DNA of 64,000 nucleotides from Isurus oxyrinchus (taxonomy: Eukaryota). Made by a program: the position numbers and the translations under genes. Below the pieces are notes generated by a model, which worked only from the letters and a program-made list of their open reading frames with translations, was not told where the DNA came from and made no database searches. Where the stretch lies: assembly GCA_026770705.1 (NCBI GenBank), contig JANJGN010000008.1, forward strand, positions 72,292,001 through 72,356,000, given 5' to 3'. Shown in pieces: positions 62,650 to 64,000 of this stretch (its first letter is position 1; the number at the start of each line of letters is the position of its first letter).

Positions 62650-62664
62650 CCGCCACCTGGTGGC
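62650..62664 (-). promoter_or_regulatory. Putative CTCF binding motif
   Basis: GCCACCAGGTGGCGG on -, matching the CCACCAGRKGGC core. Confidence 0.45.
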
Positions 62665-62725
62665 TCAGCTAAGAGCTCACTGAACTTATCAGGGTGGTTG
62701 GTGCACTAAGTGAAATATAATTATA

Positions 62726-64000
62726 GGCCAGAATTTTGAGGTCAGTAGCTGGTTTAAAAATGGCCCAGTTGGAAGAAGGTCTTCTCAGTGTCTTCAACAT
62801 TCTAGTTATGGAGTTGATTGCTGCTGGACACGGCAGGCGGGAGGGCAGGTCAGATGGGCACTTGGCCCGCCCCCCCCAGCTTTTCGGATTGTGCTTCGCG
62901 GTCCTCCTAGTGGTTACCAGGAGGGACACCCTTGTCCCCAGAGATGGGAGGAGGAGGCTACCGCACCTCACAAAGAGGGCATGGGAGGAGCTGGCAGCAC
63001 TGGTTAGCAGCCATGACGTGGTGCGCTGCGCATAGGTGTAGTGCCGGAAGAGGTTCAATGACCTGTTGTGCTCAGGAAGGATGGGTACCATGTTGGTATG
63101 GGTCAGTGTGCAGAAATGTTAAGGGCTGGCTGTGCCCCCATGGACCTCAAGGGTGCTAGAGTCTGAATCCAACTTCAATGATGCCTAAGCTGGCTGACGG
63201 GGTGAACCCTGGCTGCTTGGACTGAGTGCCTTGCAGCTCGAGGGCCATGACTTGGATGTGCCCTGTGAGGTGTTCCTCAGCTGGGGTTGGCCAGACTGCA
63301 ATGGCACTGCAGGTACAGAGTAGACTTATCAATGCTCCTCTGTCCTTTCAGAAGACTAGCCATTGCCAATCAGAGAGGGCGTACAGGCGGAGACATGCCC
63401 AACCTGCTGCTGCTCACCAGGTTCGAGCAGGATGCCCTTGAGCTGGAGAGCTGGCATGCTCCATGTGCAACTGGGCGTGGAGAGGCAGAGGTGTCATACG
63501 AAAGTAAGAACACTGCACACAGGTGAGAGTTTCAGACTGTGCAACCATTCTAGTATTGTTTCTTAATTGATGGGAGCCTCAAACCTAGAGTCCCTATCAA
63601 TCATTGAAAGACGATGGCACCGAGATGCAGATATCCCTTGTCTCACTGGGGTGCCTGGCATGCACAGTAACAGTGTGATGACTTTAGATAATGACACGTC
63701 CTCGTTCTCTCGTTTAGATTCACCAGCACACACTCGCTCCCTGGACCCCGAAGGGTCACCCCTGATGCTGGAGGACCAACAGGCTTTATTTGTATCTATG
63801 TCACACCCGATCTCTGAACCAGGCACCAGCACAGACACCAGCACCTTGGTGGGCATTAGATCGGTGACTAGAATGTCGGTGCACGTTGGTGAGGACACTT
63901 CACACTCGCTTGAGGTGCAGGCAGAGGCAGAGAATGCCCAAGGCACTGGCAGTTGGAGGACTGCTGGAGACCAGGACGATGCTGGGTCAAAGGCAGATGA
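62726..64000 (+). mobile_element. Third Harbinger element (left end and spliced Myb/SANT pseudogene), running off the window
   Basis: ATA then TIR GGCCAGAATTTT; RRDTLVPRDGRRRLPHLTKRAWEELAALVSSHDVVRC..CRKRFNDLLCSGR; acceptor CCTTTCAG at ~63350. Confidence 0.82.

Overview
Eukaryotic, repeat-dominated vertebrate DNA, most likely from a shark or other cartilaginous fish (HE1-like and Deu-domain SINEs, CR1/L2 LINEs, CpG depletion). It looks intronic or intergenic: no confident host gene, only one weak candidate exon at 18794-18949. Nearly all long ORFs come from transposons: a very young Penelope-like element (RT + GIY-YIG) arranged as a long palindrome with a 15-bp target-site duplication (TSD), two older Penelope-like copies, three PIF/Harbinger elements with spliced Myb/SANT genes plus their MITEs, a Gypsy element lacking its RT core and carrying two nested solo LTRs, six other solo LTRs, a 5'-truncated Tx1/L1-type LINE and an array of Tx1 3' ends. 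The most interesting signal is the Penelope system. Two insertions of very different size (3.2 kb and 239 bp) are tail-out palindromes ending at the same two end points, and an older mini element has the same layout. The family carries a minimal hammerhead-ribozyme fold with a non-canonical core (CUGUYGA) in every copy. The second notable signal is the Tx1 3'-end array, in which a ~26-bp motif recurs at every junction. Coordinates were read by eye and family names were not checked against databases.
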